64,000 nucleotides of DNA from an uncultured Alphaproteobacteria bacterium (GCA_902550225.1 CACCYL010000004.1:26975-90974), one strand, 5' to 3'. Counted from the stretch's first letter, positions 1 to 11,034 are shown. Made by a program: numbers and translations. The notes: a model not told the origin generated them from the letters alone.

Positions 1-90
1 AAATAAAAATAATAGTGTTTATTATAATGTTAAGAAATATATACACAAAGTCAATTTGTGGAAAAACCAAGGAAAAAAAAGAAATAATCA

Positions 91-702
91 GTGGTTAATC
101 AAGAAAAAAGAAGGAAGCACACAATTTGTTCAAAGGTTATCCTCGCTTCATCAAGTGAGGTCAGAATCAATATGTTGAATCAATACTTTACTGATATAAT
201 TATTGTTCCACACACTGCAAATGAGGAAAAACACAAAACACAAAAGGAAAATCCAGAAAAGGTAGCTCTTAGGATAGCAAAAGAAAAGGCTTTATCCGTT
301 GTAGAAAATCATCCCAATGAAATTATTATTGCTTCAGATCAAATTTTGGTATGTGAAAACAAAGTTATGAGCAAACCAAAAAATCTTGAAGAAGCGACGA
401 AAAAATTACTATTTTTAAGAAATAAAACTCATAGATTGTATAGTTCTATATACGTAATGAAAAAAGGAGAATTTTACTTTCAACAAGTTAAAGTCGCATC
501 ATTATTTTTTGCAAACATTACACAAAAAGATATAGAATTATATGTGAATAGAAACAAGAAAACAGTCCTTTCAACAGTTGGATCATATAAAATAGAAGAG
601 AACTCAGTGTATAAGTTTTTAAGCATAATTGAAGGAGATCTAGAGACGATCCTGGGGTTTCCAATAAAAGATTTTATAAAAAAGATCAAACATGAAAAGT
701 AA
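91..702 (+). CDS. maf: Maf-like nucleoside triphosphate pyrophosphatase
   Basis: 203 aa, GTG start. N-terminal ILASSSEVR..L motif and length fit the Maf/YhdE family. Overlaps the aroE start by 11 nt. Confidence 0.8.
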   Translation: MVNQEKRRKHTICSKVILASSSEVRINMLNQYFTDIIIVPHTANEEKHKTQKENPEKVALRIAKEKALSVVENHPNEIIIASDQILVCENKVMSKPKNLEEATKKLLFLRNKTHRLYSSIYVMKKGEFYFQQVKVASLFFANITQKDIELYVNRNKKTVLSTVGSYKIEENSVYKFLSIIEGDLETILGFPIKDFIKKIKHEK

Positions 703-1528
703 ACTATTTGTTATTGGCAAGCCGATAAAACATTCGAAATCTCCTAAAATACACAATTATTGGATTGAAAAATATTCGTTAAATGCAAGTTACGACAAGC
801 TAGAAGTTGATAAGACAGAAATTAAAGATCTAATACAGCAAGTAAGAGATGGCAAGATTCAAGGTTTAAATGTCACAATCCCATATAAAAAAATAATGAC
901 AGATTTTGTAGATGAAGTTGAAGAATCTGCAATACGGAGCAATGCAATAAACACCGTTTACAGGGTTAAAGACAAAATAATTGGAGCAAATACAGATGGA
1001 ATTGGATTTATATCGTCCTTAAAGAAAGATTTAAGTTTTAATATTAATTCAAAAACTAATGTAATGTGTATAGGAGCAGGAGGAGCAGCATACGGCGTTG
1101 TTTCAAGTTTAATAGACTTAAGTCCAAATATTATAAGTATTATTAATAGGACAAAAGCTTCAGGCAAAAAACTAATTAAACACTTTGAAAAATTTACTCA
1201 ATCCAAAGAAATTTTTGAAACCACGCTTTTGGGTTCCAAACCCAATAATGAAATCGATTTACTTGTAAATTGTACGTCATGCGGGATGAACGACAAAAAC
1301 CCACTAGATATTGAGCTTACTTCAATGAATAAGAAATCATTAGTTTATGATATAGTTTATGAACCTGCTCTTACACCTCTTATGAAGTTGGCCATAGAGA
1401 ATAAACTACAAAATACAAATGGATTTTACATGCTTGCTCGGCAAGCTGCAGAATCATTTTACAGGTGGTTTGGAATAATGCCAGAAGACTCACACATTAA
1501 TGAAATTATTAAAATACTAAAAAAATGA
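692..1528 (+). CDS. aroE: Shikimate dehydrogenase
   Basis: 278 aa. KPIKHSKSPKIHN substrate motif, NVTIPYK, and a CIGAGGAAYGV Rossmann glycine motif. Confidence 0.9.
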   Translation: MKSKLFVIGKPIKHSKSPKIHNYWIEKYSLNASYDKLEVDKTEIKDLIQQVRDGKIQGLNVTIPYKKIMTDFVDEVEESAIRSNAINTVYRVKDKIIGANTDGIGFISSLKKDLSFNINSKTNVMCIGAGGAAYGVVSSLIDLSPNIISIINRTKASGKKLIKHFEKFTQSKEIFETTLLGSKPNNEIDLLVNCTSCGMNDKNPLDIELTSMNKKSLVYDIVYEPALTPLMKLAIENKLQNTNGFYMLARQAAESFYRWFGIMPEDSHINEIIKILKK

Positions 1529-2142
1529 TCAAGATTGCAATTACTGGAAACATCGGAAGTGGTAAATCAACAATTACGAAAATTATCAGAGAACTAGGAT
1601 TTAAAGTTTTTGACTCAGATAAGGAGGTCAAAAAGGCTTTAACGAAAAAGAATTTAATTAATCAAATAAGTAAAGAGTTCAAATCAAAAATTCCAGGCCT
1701 TATTAAAAGAAATACAATTGACAAAGCTAAACTCGGAGAATTTGTATTTTCTAACCCAGATGAATTAAAAAAATTAGAAGAATTAGTACACCCAAAAGTT
1801 TGGGAAAGCAAAGAAAAGTTTTTTAAGAAAAACTCTAATGAGCCAGCCGTTTTTTTAGATATTCCCTTGTTATTTGAAAAAAAACTACAAAGCAAATTTG
1901 ATTTCATTATTCGAACCTACGTTTCAGAGGAGGTTCAAAAGAAAAGAGTACTAAAAAGAAAAAATATGACTTTTGCAAAGTATAATCAAATAAGAAAAAC
2001 ACAAACTGATTATTCAGGTGTTGAGGAAAAATTTGTCTCTTTGGATATAAATACGGAAGAAGATATTAAAATAATAAAAAAAAACGTTAAGAATTTCTTG
2101 GAGAAAATTTTGAGTCAAAAAAAAGAATTAAATTTAACATGA
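1525..2142 (+). CDS. coaE: Dephospho-CoA kinase
   Basis: 205 aa. P-loop ITGNIGSGKST at the N-terminus. ATGA overlap with aroE. Confidence 0.88.
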   Translation: MIKIAITGNIGSGKSTITKIIRELGFKVFDSDKEVKKALTKKNLINQISKEFKSKIPGLIKRNTIDKAKLGEFVFSNPDELKKLEELVHPKVWESKEKFFKKNSNEPAVFLDIPLLFEKKLQSKFDFIIRTYVSEEVQKKRVLKRKNMTFAKYNQIRKTQTDYSGVEEKFVSLDINTEEDIKIIKKNVKNFLEKILSQKKELNLT

Positions 2143-3118
2143 ATGTGGATGAAGACGACCACTTCCCGCGGATAAATTCTTGTTTTGAAATCAATAGTTT
2201 TTTTATGACAAGCTTTAATTCACTTATTGAAAACATCTTAAGCTGCTGTTTAAACTCTGGTAAATTTTTAAAGAAAACAGGAGGCCTTAGTTGTTTTAAA
2301 GCAATACTAACGTCAATACCTTCGTAAATTTTAATCTTGATAACAAGCAGCCTAAAAAAGTGCTCGAGAAGGTAAGTTATTAATCTCATATTATCAGAGC
2401 CATAGTCTGTAAATTTATTAAAATTCTTAACAAATTCCTTTTTCTCTTTAGATGCAAGTGAAAAAATAAACCTTGTATCGTCGTTGTTAAGTGAATCTTC
2501 TATAATAGAAAAAATGTTGTGCATAAACTTTTTTTCTGGTTCACTCTTGTTCAGTATAATTATTTTTTCAAGTTCACTTTTAATTTCCAGCCTTTGATTT
2601 GATAGACTGTTCGTTAATAAATCTATTTGAGACTCTGAAACTTTTAAGCCTTCATTTTTTAAAAGATTATTAATATATGTTTTTTTTTCACTTTCACTCT
2701 CTTCGTAACAAGCAACTGAAATGGAATAATTATTTTTTTCAAAAAAAGACCTTAACGGAGATCGAGGGCCCAGTTGATGACATTTTAAGACAACAATTAA
2801 ATCCTTATTAGTTTCTTTTAAAAAAATTGAGATTATTTCTTTACTAATTTTTTCACTGTTAAGATGAAAGCACAAAAAAGTTTTTGAGCCAAAAATATTT
2901 GGTGTTGAGCTTTCAATAAAGATTCTCGATAGATCTTCTTTTTTAATCTCATCTGAGAAGAAGTTTATCGTTTCATAATCTTGCTTAACATTTTCAAAAC
3001 TTTTAGTTAGATTGACACAATCACAAACTTTACCGTAATTTGGGCCGTAAAATAGAAAAAACCTAAATGAACGATAATTTTCTGGTTTTTTTTCAAAATC
3101 TTCAAACTTTACAATCAT
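2087..3118 (-). CDS. holA: DNA polymerase III delta subunit
   Basis: 343 aa. Last gene of the leuS-lptE-holA order conserved in proteobacteria. Size and N-terminal FFLFYGPN-type motif fit HolA. 4 nt overlap with lptE. Confidence 0.65.
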   Translation of the reverse strand: MIVKFEDFEKKPENYRSFRFFLFYGPNYGKVCDCVNLTKSFENVKQDYETINFFSDEIKKEDLSRIFIESSTPNIFGSKTFLCFHLNSEKISKEIISIFLKETNKDLIVVLKCHQLGPRSPLRSFFEKNNYSISVACYEESESEKKTYINNLLKNEGLKVSESQIDLLTNSLSNQRLEIKSELEKIIILNKSEPEKKFMHNIFSIIEDSLNNDDTRFIFSLASKEKKEFVKNFNKFTDYGSDNMRLITYLLEHFFRLLVIKIKIYEGIDVSIALKQLRPPVFFKNLPEFKQQLKMFSISELKLVIKKLLISKQEFIRGKWSSSSTFMLNLILFFDSKFSPRNS

Positions 3119-3612
3119 GGACGTACTTTTCTCTTAGTTGACAAAGCGAGAATTAAGTCAGCAAGATCAGTGGATAAGGATCTTACTAATTTTTTTGAAG
3201 TATCCTCAAGAGAAACTATGTTTGAATAATTGTTGTTCGTATAGTTAAAACTTCCCGTATTTCTTAAACTGCCGGAGGTCAATTCGCCTTCTTTATCAAA
3301 AAAGACATAGTTAGCCTCAATTACAAGCATAAGTGCATCAGAACTTAAATCTTTATTTATCCCCATACTAGAGACTACCCGATCAATTGAAACAATCAAC
3401 TTTAAATTAGAGTCTTTAGAACTCTTTGAATTTAGCTTTTCATCTAGAAGCAATTTCATTGTGGATGCATTATTCTCGTATTTTTCTTTTGATTTAATTA
3501 CTATTTTGACCTTGTGGGGATAATATAAATTTGCCCTTTTGTACAAAGGTTTGTATGCACAAGAACTGAAAAAATAAACAACAAAAATTGTAAAAAGTAT
3601 TTTAATTTTCAT
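3115..3612 (-). CDS. lptE: LPS assembly lipoprotein LptE
   Basis: 165 aa. Signal peptide with lipobox (YFFSSC). Sits between leuS and holA. 4 nt overlap with leuS. Confidence 0.65.
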   Translation of the reverse strand: MKIKILFTIFVVYFFSSCAYKPLYKRANLYYPHKVKIVIKSKEKYENNASTMKLLLDEKLNSKSSKDSNLKLIVSIDRVVSSMGINKDLSSDALMLVIEANYVFFDKEGELTSGSLRNTGSFNYTNNNYSNIVSLEDTSKKLVRSLSTDLADLILALSTKRKVRP

Positions 3613-6134
3613 ACAACAAAATTAATTATTTTATTTGGCACAAATATTATTTTTTTTGCCTTCTTAATATTTATACTGTAATTGCTTTGGCTTCCAACTA
3701 TTGTTTCAATTAATCTATCTTTTTTTATATTTTCATGGACTTTTATAATACCTTTTTTTTTCCCGTTTATTTGGACAACTATAATTACAGTGTTATTTGA
3801 AGATTTACTTAAATCCGCTAGAGGCCACTCTGTATTTTCAATTATTTGTTTTGATCCAGATCTATAAACCAACTCTTGAGAAAAGTGTGGTGTTATAATA
3901 TAAATTAATCTTAAATAAATCGACCAACAATAATTGAATATTTCTCCTTCCAATTTTTCTTTAATAAGAAAATTTGATAATTCACGTAATTTTGCAACGG
4001 CTTTATTAAATCTGTAATTTTTTACATCATCTGAAAAAGTATAAATTGTTTTATTAGTAAATTCATATGCTCTTTTTTCTTCATCTAACATGTCTTTTTC
4101 TTTAGGAAAGGAAACTGTAAAGTTAAATTTTGATGATAGTAGATCATAAATTTTTTCTAGGTATTTATTCATTGCTTTTATACCGTCTATGGACCACTCT
4201 AGGTCTCTTTCTGGAGGAGAGTCTGATATCATAAAAAGACGTGCAGTATCTGCTCCATATGTAAAAACAATTGAATCAGGATCTACAATGTTCTTTTTAG
4301 ATTTGCTCATTTTTTCTGATCTTCCCTTCATTACTTCTATTCTTTTACCGCCTTGATTAGTCCAATATGTTCCTTTTTCTTTTATAACGTTTTTGGGCTC
4401 TATCCATTTGTTATCTTTTGTTTTGAAAGTTTCATGACAGACCATGCCTTGTGTTATAAGCTTTTTAAAAGGCTCTTTAGGAAGTTGCTTTCCACAGACT
4501 TTTAAAGCTCTTACAAAAAATCTAGAATAAAGCAAATGCAAAATTGCATGTTCCACTCCACCGATATAATGATCAACTGGCATCCAATAAGAAGTGTCTT
4601 CATCTTTAAAAGGTTCTCTTGATGATATTGGCGAACAGAATCTTAGAAAATACCATGACGAATCGAAAAATGTATCAAGGGTGTCTGTTTCTCTTATTGC
4701 ATCCATACCAGTTTTTGGACATTTAGTTTTTTTCCAGTTGGGGTGATTTTCAAGAGGGTTTCCAGTTGACTTTAATTTAATATTATTTGGCAGCCTAATT
4801 GGTAATTCACTGTCTTCTACAGCAAGGATTTCTCCATCTTGTCTGTAAATTATAGGAATAGGGCATCCCCAATATCTTTGTCGTGATACACCCCAATCTT
4901 TTAATCTGAACTTTACACATTTTCTTCCAAGTTTTAATTTCTCGATTTTTTTAACAATCGTCTCCTTAGCTTTTTTTATATTTTTTTCATTAAGGAATTC
5001 AGAATTTATTAATATATCTGTCTCATTTTTTTCACAATAAGGAAGTTCTGTTTCTTTGCCTTCTATTATGCATTTTATAGGAATGTTATATTCTTTTGCA
5101 AAATGATAATCTCTTTCGTCATGAGCTGGACAGCCAAAAATTGCGCCATTTCCGTAATTAATCAATACATAATTAGAAAAAAATAAAGGAATTTTTTCGT
5201 TTTTTATAAAAGGATGTTCAGCAAAAAGGGATGTGTGAAATCCAATTTTTTCTAGAACAGAGTCCTTTGTTTCCTGCATTTTTAAACACTTGTTTCTAAA
5301 CGCTATAAATTTTTCATCATCTAAAAATTTTGACGAAAGCGGATGCTCAACTGATAATGCAATAAAACTCGCTCCAAAGATTGTTTCGGGTCTTGTTGTA
5401 AAAATATCAATCGATAATTTCGATTGGGATATTTTGAATTTTATTTCAGCTCCTTCAGACATTCCGATCCAATTTTTTTGCATTAATTTCACTTTTTCTG
5501 GCCAATTTTCTAATTGATTTAAATCAACTAAAAGTTCCTCTGAAAATCTAGAAATATTTAGAAACCATTGAGACAGTTTCTTTTTCTCAACGATCGCTCC
5601 AGACCGCCAACCTCTACCATCAATAACCTGTTCATTTGCTAATACAGTTTTATCGACCGGATCCCAATTAACAAAACTATCCTTTTTATAAACAAGCCCA
5701 TTTTTGAAAAATTCTATAAAAATTTTTTGTTGATGTTTGTAATAACTCGCGTCACATGTTGATATTTCTCGTTCCCAATCAATTGACAGTCCAATTCTCA
5801 TTAATTGAGATTTCATACTTTTAATGTTGTTTTCAGTCCAATCTTTAGGATTAACATCATTCTCTATGGCAGCATTTTCCGCTGGCATCCCAAAACTATC
5901 CCAACCCATCGGATGCAAAACATTAAAACCATTAAGTTTATGGAACCTTGCGGTAACGTCTCCTATTGTATAATTTCTTAAGTGTCCCATGTGAATTTTT
6001 CCAGAGGGATAAGGAAACATTTCCAGCACATAAAATTTTTTTTTTGTTTCATCTGCCTTGGATTTATATATCCGTTTTTCCGCCCAATAGTTTTGCCACT
6101 TCTTTTCAATGATTTTTGGATTATATTTTTTCAT
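3609..6134 (-). CDS. leuS: Leucine--tRNA ligase
   Basis: 841 aa. [15 protein letters not shown] (HIGH-type) and EKMSKSKKN (KMSKS) class I signatures, colinear with bacterial LeuRS. Confidence 0.97.
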   Translation of the reverse strand: MKKYNPKIIEKKWQNYWAEKRIYKSKADETKKKFYVLEMFPYPSGKIHMGHLRNYTIGDVTARFHKLNGFNVLHPMGWDSFGMPAENAAIENDVNPKDWTENNIKSMKSQLMRIGLSIDWEREISTCDASYYKHQQKIFIEFFKNGLVYKKDSFVNWDPVDKTVLANEQVIDGRGWRSGAIVEKKKLSQWFLNISRFSEELLVDLNQLENWPEKVKLMQKNWIGMSEGAEIKFKISQSKLSIDIFTTRPETIFGASFIALSVEHPLSSKFLDDEKFIAFRNKCLKMQETKDSVLEKIGFHTSLFAEHPFIKNEKIPLFFSNYVLINYGNGAIFGCPAHDERDYHFAKEYNIPIKCIIEGKETELPYCEKNETDILINSEFLNEKNIKKAKETIVKKIEKLKLGRKCVKFRLKDWGVSRQRYWGCPIPIIYRQDGEILAVEDSELPIRLPNNIKLKSTGNPLENHPNWKKTKCPKTGMDAIRETDTLDTFFDSSWYFLRFCSPISSREPFKDEDTSYWMPVDHYIGGVEHAILHLLYSRFFVRALKVCGKQLPKEPFKKLITQGMVCHETFKTKDNKWIEPKNVIKEKGTYWTNQGGKRIEVMKGRSEKMSKSKKNIVDPDSIVFTYGADTARLFMISDSPPERDLEWSIDGIKAMNKYLEKIYDLLSSKFNFTVSFPKEKDMLDEEKRAYEFTNKTIYTFSDDVKNYRFNKAVAKLRELSNFLIKEKLEGEIFNYCWSIYLRLIYIITPHFSQELVYRSGSKQIIENTEWPLADLSKSSNNTVIIVVQINGKKKGIIKVHENIKKDRLIETIVGSQSNYSINIKKAKKIIFVPNKIINFVV

Positions 6135-6717
6135 AATTGTTAAAACAGCTTATTGCCCCAAAACCGTGTAAATTTTTATTCTTCATAGACTTAATATTTT
6201 TGTAATTAACCCCTCCTAGTGCAAAAATTACCTCTTCTTTAAAAAAAAAACAAAGAGAAATAAAAATATAGTTGCTCAATGGTTTTTTCTCTGGATATGA
6301 ATCAGTTTTTAGCACCGGTGATAGGAATATTAAATCAATAAAACCTTTTGCTAAAAAAGCTTCTTTAACATTGTGCACCTTTGCTACAGTAAAATAATTT
6401 TTTTGTTTTTTCTTTCTTGAATGAAATTTTTTTGATTTTTTGCTTATTTCAATCATCATTCCAAATGCGTGATACTTACTACACCAAAAATTCGAAAAAG
6501 GAATAATGAATTTAATTTTTTTTTTTCTACAATATTGTATACATGGTTCAATTTTTTTTAGAAAATCGTAAACGTTCAAATTTTTATTAAAGAATATTAC
6601 ACCTACGTTTTTTGACAAATAACTTAATTTTTTACTATCTGATAAATTTTCCGGGTTGAAAAAAAACCATACTTTAGGAATTGTGGAATTTTTTTTATTT
6701 TGGTAATACATATTCAT
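6121..6717 (-). CDS. Thiamine-phosphate synthase (ThiE/TenI) family protein, divergent
   Basis: 198 aa. C-terminal LSPVLKT...[11 protein letters not shown]...GFGAIS pattern resembles the TMP-TENI fold. Weak call. Confidence 0.4.
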   Translation of the reverse strand: MNMYYQNKKNSTIPKVWFFFNPENLSDSKKLSYLSKNVGVIFFNKNLNVYDFLKKIEPCIQYCRKKKIKFIIPFSNFWCSKYHAFGMMIEISKKSKKFHSRKKKQKNYFTVAKVHNVKEAFLAKGFIDLIFLSPVLKTDSYPEKKPLSNYIFISLCFFFKEEVIFALGGVNYKNIKSMKNKNLHGFGAISCFNNYEKI

Positions 6718-7390
6718 GAATAAAATATTATCAAATTATCATGAAATTTTAAAACAAATACGCTTTTGCGAGAGAAATCTAGATGGAAAATATTGTGAAA
6801 CCAAATTAATAGCTGTGTCCAAGCAGTTTCCAAAAGAGACAATTCAAATTTTAATCAATCAAGGTCATAAAATTTTTGGAGAAAATAAAGTTCAAGAAGC
6901 CCAATCAAAATGGATTGACCTTAAGAGGGAAAATCCTGAAAACAAAATTGAATTACATCTTATAGGTCCTCTTCAATCAAACAAAGCTAATCTAGCGTTA
7001 GATATCTTTGATGTAATTCAGACTGTTGATAGAGAAAAAATAGCTTTGAAATTGAATAAATATTTAGAGGAGAGAGCTAATACAAAAAAAAATTTTTTTA
7101 TTCAAGTTAACATTGGAGATGAAAAACAAAAAAGTGGAATAGAAGAAAACTTAGCACAACAGTTTTTTAAATGGTGTTCAAATGATCTTAAACTAAACAT
7201 CATGGGATTGATGTGTATTCCTCCATTTGGAGAACCACCCGAACCCTTTTTCATAAGGCTAAGAAAATTATGCGATCAACTAAATCTTAAGCATGCTAGC
7301 ATGGGAATGTCCAATGATTTTGAATCCGCAATTGAACATGGAGCAACTTTCATAAGAGTTGGAACTAGAATATTTGGTAAGAGAAGTTAA
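6716..7390 (+). CDS. yggS: YggS-family pyridoxal phosphate homeostasis protein
   Basis: 224 aa. LIAVSKQFP (PLP lysine), HLIGPLQSNK and MGMSNDFE motifs. Confidence 0.9.
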   Translation: MNKILSNYHEILKQIRFCERNLDGKYCETKLIAVSKQFPKETIQILINQGHKIFGENKVQEAQSKWIDLKRENPENKIELHLIGPLQSNKANLALDIFDVIQTVDREKIALKLNKYLEERANTKKNFFIQVNIGDEKQKSGIEENLAQQFFKWCSNDLKLNIMGLMCIPPFGEPPEPFFIRLRKLCDQLNLKHASMGMSNDFESAIEHGATFIRVGTRIFGKRS

Positions 7391-7971
7391 AGAATTATTA
7401 ATTTTGAATAAGTTTTAATTGAATTAAGAAGTTTCACAAGTATTTCTTTTTCTAGTGCAATGCAACCATCGGTATGGTCTTTGGAGATATCGCTACAGTG
7501 CAAAAAAATTGCACTACCCTTAAATTTTTTTATGTTATCAAAGTTGTAATTAAATGTGATGAATATGTCATAAAGGTCATCATCTCTGTAAAGGTCCTCG
7601 CATACGTAATTTTTTTTTGTCTGAAATCTGTTATAAAATTTACTTTTTGGATCAACGCACCAAAATGAGCTTTTATTAATTTTTTTTAATGGCAGGCAAG
7701 TCTTTAAATATTTCACCTTGTCGGGACGGTAGTAAACTTCCGAAAACACAAAAGTCCCTATTGGGGTAACTTTATCTCCTTCACGTGTTTTTTTACCAAT
7801 ACCACTCGACCCTACAAAGCATTTGCATTGAATATTATCATGAACTAATAAACCAATATTTATTTTTTTTGTTTTAAAAACTTTTAGATTTGCCACTATA
7901 AAAAGAATATGACAAAAGTTAAGAATCTTACAGCTATTTTTAAAAGAAATTTGCTCTTTTTTGAACTTCAA
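7387..7971 (-). CDS. L,D-transpeptidase catalytic-fold (YkuD-like) protein
   Basis: C-terminal GSAIFLHC...HTDGCIAL His/Cys motif and KTREGDKVTPIGTF segment. The ORF starts at TTG. An internal GTG at 7896 would remove the overlap with the divergent regulator gene. Confidence 0.65.
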   Translation of the reverse strand: MKFKKEQISFKNSCKILNFCHILFIVANLKVFKTKKINIGLLVHDNIQCKCFVGSSGIGKKTREGDKVTPIGTFVFSEVYYRPDKVKYLKTCLPLKKINKSSFWCVDPKSKFYNRFQTKKNYVCEDLYRDDDLYDIFITFNYNFDNIKKFKGSAIFLHCSDISKDHTDGCIALEKEILVKLLNSIKTYSKLIIL

Positions 7972-8571
7972 AAACTTTTAAAAAAAGAAGGTTTTAAAAT
8001 TAATTTAAAAAAAGATTTCGAATTTCTAAAAAAGTCGAATTTTCAAAATTCAATATTTATATGTGAAATTACTTCAGAAAATGAACTACAGACCATTCTT
8101 TCTTTTTTAAAAAAAAATAAAAATAGTTCAAATTTTATATTTGTTATGAATGAAAAAATCAAACCTCCAACAGAAAATTTTAATTTCAAGATTTTGAATT
8201 ATCCCTTAATGTTCAATGATTTGCTTAGATACATTAAAACTTTAGAAAAGACCTTTAGTAAGGAAAAGTTGAATGTAAGATTTGGTAATAAGTTATATGA
8301 TCGTCTTAATTCTAAATTAATAAATAACACGAATGGAGACTCTATAAAACTTACCGATCTTGAAAACAAACTAATAAACTTTATTTTAAATAAAAACGAT
8401 GGTTGTACCAAAAATGAAATTCTTAAGAATGTTTGGCAGCATGCCGCAAGATTGGAAACACATACAATGGAATCTCTAATATACAGGCTAAGAAAAAAAA
8501 TAGAAGATGATCCCAATCAACCAAGAACATTAATTCAGATTAATAAAAAGTATTATCTCAACCGAAGTTAG
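7909..8571 (+). CDS. OmpR-type winged-helix regulator with a degenerate (pseudo-)receiver domain
   Basis: 220 aa. The C-terminus LTDLENKLINFIL...TKNEILKNVW...THTMESLIYRLRKKIE is a Trans_reg_C domain. The N-terminal ~110 aa has receiver-like beta/alpha periodicity but lacks the acidic pocket and the phospho-acceptor Asp (ICEITSEN). Confidence 0.6.
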   Translation: MTKVKNLTAIFKRNLLFFELQKLLKKEGFKINLKKDFEFLKKSNFQNSIFICEITSENELQTILSFLKKNKNSSNFIFVMNEKIKPPTENFNFKILNYPLMFNDLLRYIKTLEKTFSKEKLNVRFGNKLYDRLNSKLINNTNGDSIKLTDLENKLINFILNKNDGCTKNEILKNVWQHAARLETHTMESLIYRLRKKIEDDPNQPRTLIQINKKYYLNRS

Positions 8572-9167
8572 TATATTTGAAACGGAATCTTTCTTGGGTC
8601 CTCTAATTCTATGTTGAATAGTTTTGAAGGCAAGTTTTTATTTAGATGGAGGCTGTCAAAAAATACCTCTGTTTTTGTTTGGTCTGTTTTTAACACAGTC
8701 CATTTCTTCATCCTAAAAGGTTTAGTTTCAAATAAAATTTCAATAATACCTTTATCTTCAAAATTAGTACTTGAAAGCTTAACTAACAATGTATTTTCAT
8801 TTTCAACTAATTTTAATATCTTAACTTTTTTCATATCTAGTTTCTTGAAAAGAAGAATACTAAGTGGATTTTCATTTGTACTGTGAAAGTTTATGCTTTT
8901 GAGATCCTTATTCACAGAAGCTAGACGTTTGGAGTCCGAAATTAATATAAGAGGAATTTGTTCATACTCGATTCTAAACTTGCCTGGACGTGACACAAAG
9001 ATTTTTCCCGACAATATGTCTCCATTATTATTGATTTGGATAAATTTTGAGGTTAGGGAAGAAAAGCTCTCAAGATAATTAAGAATTCTATCTCTATTTA
9101 TATTGCTAAAAACTTTGTTATGTATAAATATATATATAAGAATTATTAGAGTTATTTTTTTGAACAT
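8568..9167 (-). CDS. lolA: Outer-membrane lipoprotein carrier LolA-like protein
   Basis: Signal peptide MFKKITLIILIYIF from the internal ATG at 9167. GKIFVSRPGKFRIEY motif typical of LolA. The track ORF extends to 9257. Confidence 0.6.
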   Translation of the reverse strand: MFKKITLIILIYIFIHNKVFSNINRDRILNYLESFSSLTSKFIQINNNGDILSGKIFVSRPGKFRIEYEQIPLILISDSKRLASVNKDLKSINFHSTNENPLSILLFKKLDMKKVKILKLVENENTLLVKLSSTNFEDKGIIEILFETKPFRMKKWTVLKTDQTKTEVFFDSLHLNKNLPSKLFNIELEDPRKIPFQIY

Positions 9168-11034
9168 GAAAGCATCATATACGAAGATATCAAATCTGTA
9201 TAATTTAAGATTATTTTTATTTTTAGTGCTCTTTATTTCGTCGGGCTGCCAAATCAATCAATCCGTAAGCATTCTTAAAGAGAAACTTTTTTCGGACACT
9301 AATGAATTAGAAAAAGAGGAGAATGAGATTTCTAAATCTTCAGATGTTAAAAAAAAAGAGGTCGAAGAATCTTCAATAGTAGAAAAGCCAGAAAACAATA
9401 ACAAAGAAGTTGAGAAAGATGAAATATCATTTGAATTAAAGGAAGACAAAATAAAGAAAAAAGAAACTTTAGATAAAAAGAAATCAGAAGAGACTAGAGT
9501 TTTACGTATCAAAGAAATGGGACAAACCAGAGAAACGGAAAGTAAGATAGTTTCATTTTTTACTAAATTTTTTGTCGAAGATGAAGACGTTTCTGAAGAT
9601 AAGAAACCTTATAATACTTCAACTATTCAAGAAATCGAAAGTAAAACCGATGAAAAGGCAGAAAACAACCTTTCTCAACGTAACAAAGATAGCTCAGAAG
9701 GTATGAAAAATACAGAGTCGTTTGATAGCGATTCGTTCCCCAATGCTGATGTAAGTAAAGATTTCACTGGTTTCGAAGATCCAGAGAGTTCAGCCGAAGA
9801 AATTAAAGATGAAAGTTATACGAATGATAAAGACGACAACGAAGTAAAGGAATCAGAAAAAAAACCGTCTGGTTATGCTTTTTTAAATCTTAAGAAACCA
9901 GAATTGAAAGAAAAAAAAATAGAAAAAGATAATTTAGTAGGCCTGCTACTTCCATTAACTGGCGAGAAAAGTGCAGCAGGTAATTTAGTTATTAATTCTT
10001 TAAGATACAGTATGCTGCTTCGACCTAATCAATTAAACTTTAAAATTTTCGATACCAAAGGGACACCAAAAGGAGCAGTTAGTGCAGCAGAACAAGGGAT
10101 ATCAAATAATGTGAAAACTTTTATAGGTCCAATTTTTTCTGATGAAACAAGAGAGGTAAAGGAACATTTTGAAAATAAAAAGAGGTTAACTTTTTTTAGC
10201 CTCTCTCCTGATTTAAATAATGTCTCTGAAAACATCATTGTTTCCGGACAAAATCCTAACGACCAAATATCTTGTATAACAAAACATATAGCTAAAAATG
10301 ATAATAAGGATGTATTATTGATTCATCATGCTAATAAATATGGGTATGTAATCAGAAATAGTTTCTTAAACTACGTAAATGATTTTGGTATGATGGGGAT
10401 TAATATTGAATTTTTTGAGGTAGATGAAAATACTGATTTAAATGATAACATAAAAAAAATAAGTCGATTTAATGAAAGGAAATTGCAGTTAGAAAATGAA
10501 ATAATGAAAATTAAAAACAATAGAGACTTGGAAGAAGAATTTAAAAATAGTGAAATCAAATCTCTAGAGAGGATGTTAACGCTTGGATCCCCTTTTGATT
10601 CCATAATTATTGCGTCGGAGGGAGACAGACTGCTTGAGATTTTGTCTCATTTAGCTTTTTATGATATTAACTCTGAAAATTCTGACATTTATGGTACGAG
10701 TTTATGGGAGGATACCAATAAAAAGGACAATTTATTCAAAGGTACATATTATGCCTCAAGTCTAAAATATAAGGATGACGAATTTGTTCAAAACTTTAAA
10801 AACGTTTTTTCTAAAGACCCAATGTCATTTAATTACCATATGCATGATCTTTTAGATTTAGTCGAAAGCTATAAAATAATGAGTGAAAAAGACAAAACAA
10901 ACTTGGTCTTTAACGGCGAATTTACGAAAAGTAAAATAAAATCAGGTTTTTTGCAACGAGAAATATATCTTAAAAGAATCAAAAAGAATAAAAATACTGA
11001 AGAGGTATTTAACTGTCGCTTAAATGTAATTTAA
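9166..11034 (+). CDS. LpoA/LppC-like lipoprotein (type-1 periplasmic binding fold) with a long acidic low-complexity linker
   Basis: Lipoprotein signal MKASYTK...LFISSGC from the ATG at 9166. About 250 aa of E/K/D/S-rich sequence follows, then LLLPLTGEKSAAG...FIGPIFSDE resembling penicillin-binding-protein activator / Leu-Ile-Val-binding-like domains. Confidence 0.5.
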   Translation: MKASYTKISNLYNLRLFLFLVLFISSGCQINQSVSILKEKLFSDTNELEKEENEISKSSDVKKKEVEESSIVEKPENNNKEVEKDEISFELKEDKIKKKETLDKKKSEETRVLRIKEMGQTRETESKIVSFFTKFFVEDEDVSEDKKPYNTSTIQEIESKTDEKAENNLSQRNKDSSEGMKNTESFDSDSFPNADVSKDFTGFEDPESSAEEIKDESYTNDKDDNEVKESEKKPSGYAFLNLKKPELKEKKIEKDNLVGLLLPLTGEKSAAGNLVINSLRYSMLLRPNQLNFKIFDTKGTPKGAVSAAEQGISNNVKTFIGPIFSDETREVKEHFENKKRLTFFSLSPDLNNVSENIIVSGQNPNDQISCITKHIAKNDNKDVLLIHHANKYGYVIRNSFLNYVNDFGMMGINIEFFEVDENTDLNDNIKKISRFNERKLQLENEIMKIKNNRDLEEEFKNSEIKSLERMLTLGSPFDSIIIASEGDRLLEILSHLAFYDINSENSDIYGTSLWEDTNKKDNLFKGTYYASSLKYKDDEFVQNFKNVFSKDPMSFNYHMHDLLDLVESYKIMSEKDKTNLVFNGEFTKSKIKSGFLQREIYLKRIKKNKNTEEVFNCRLNVI

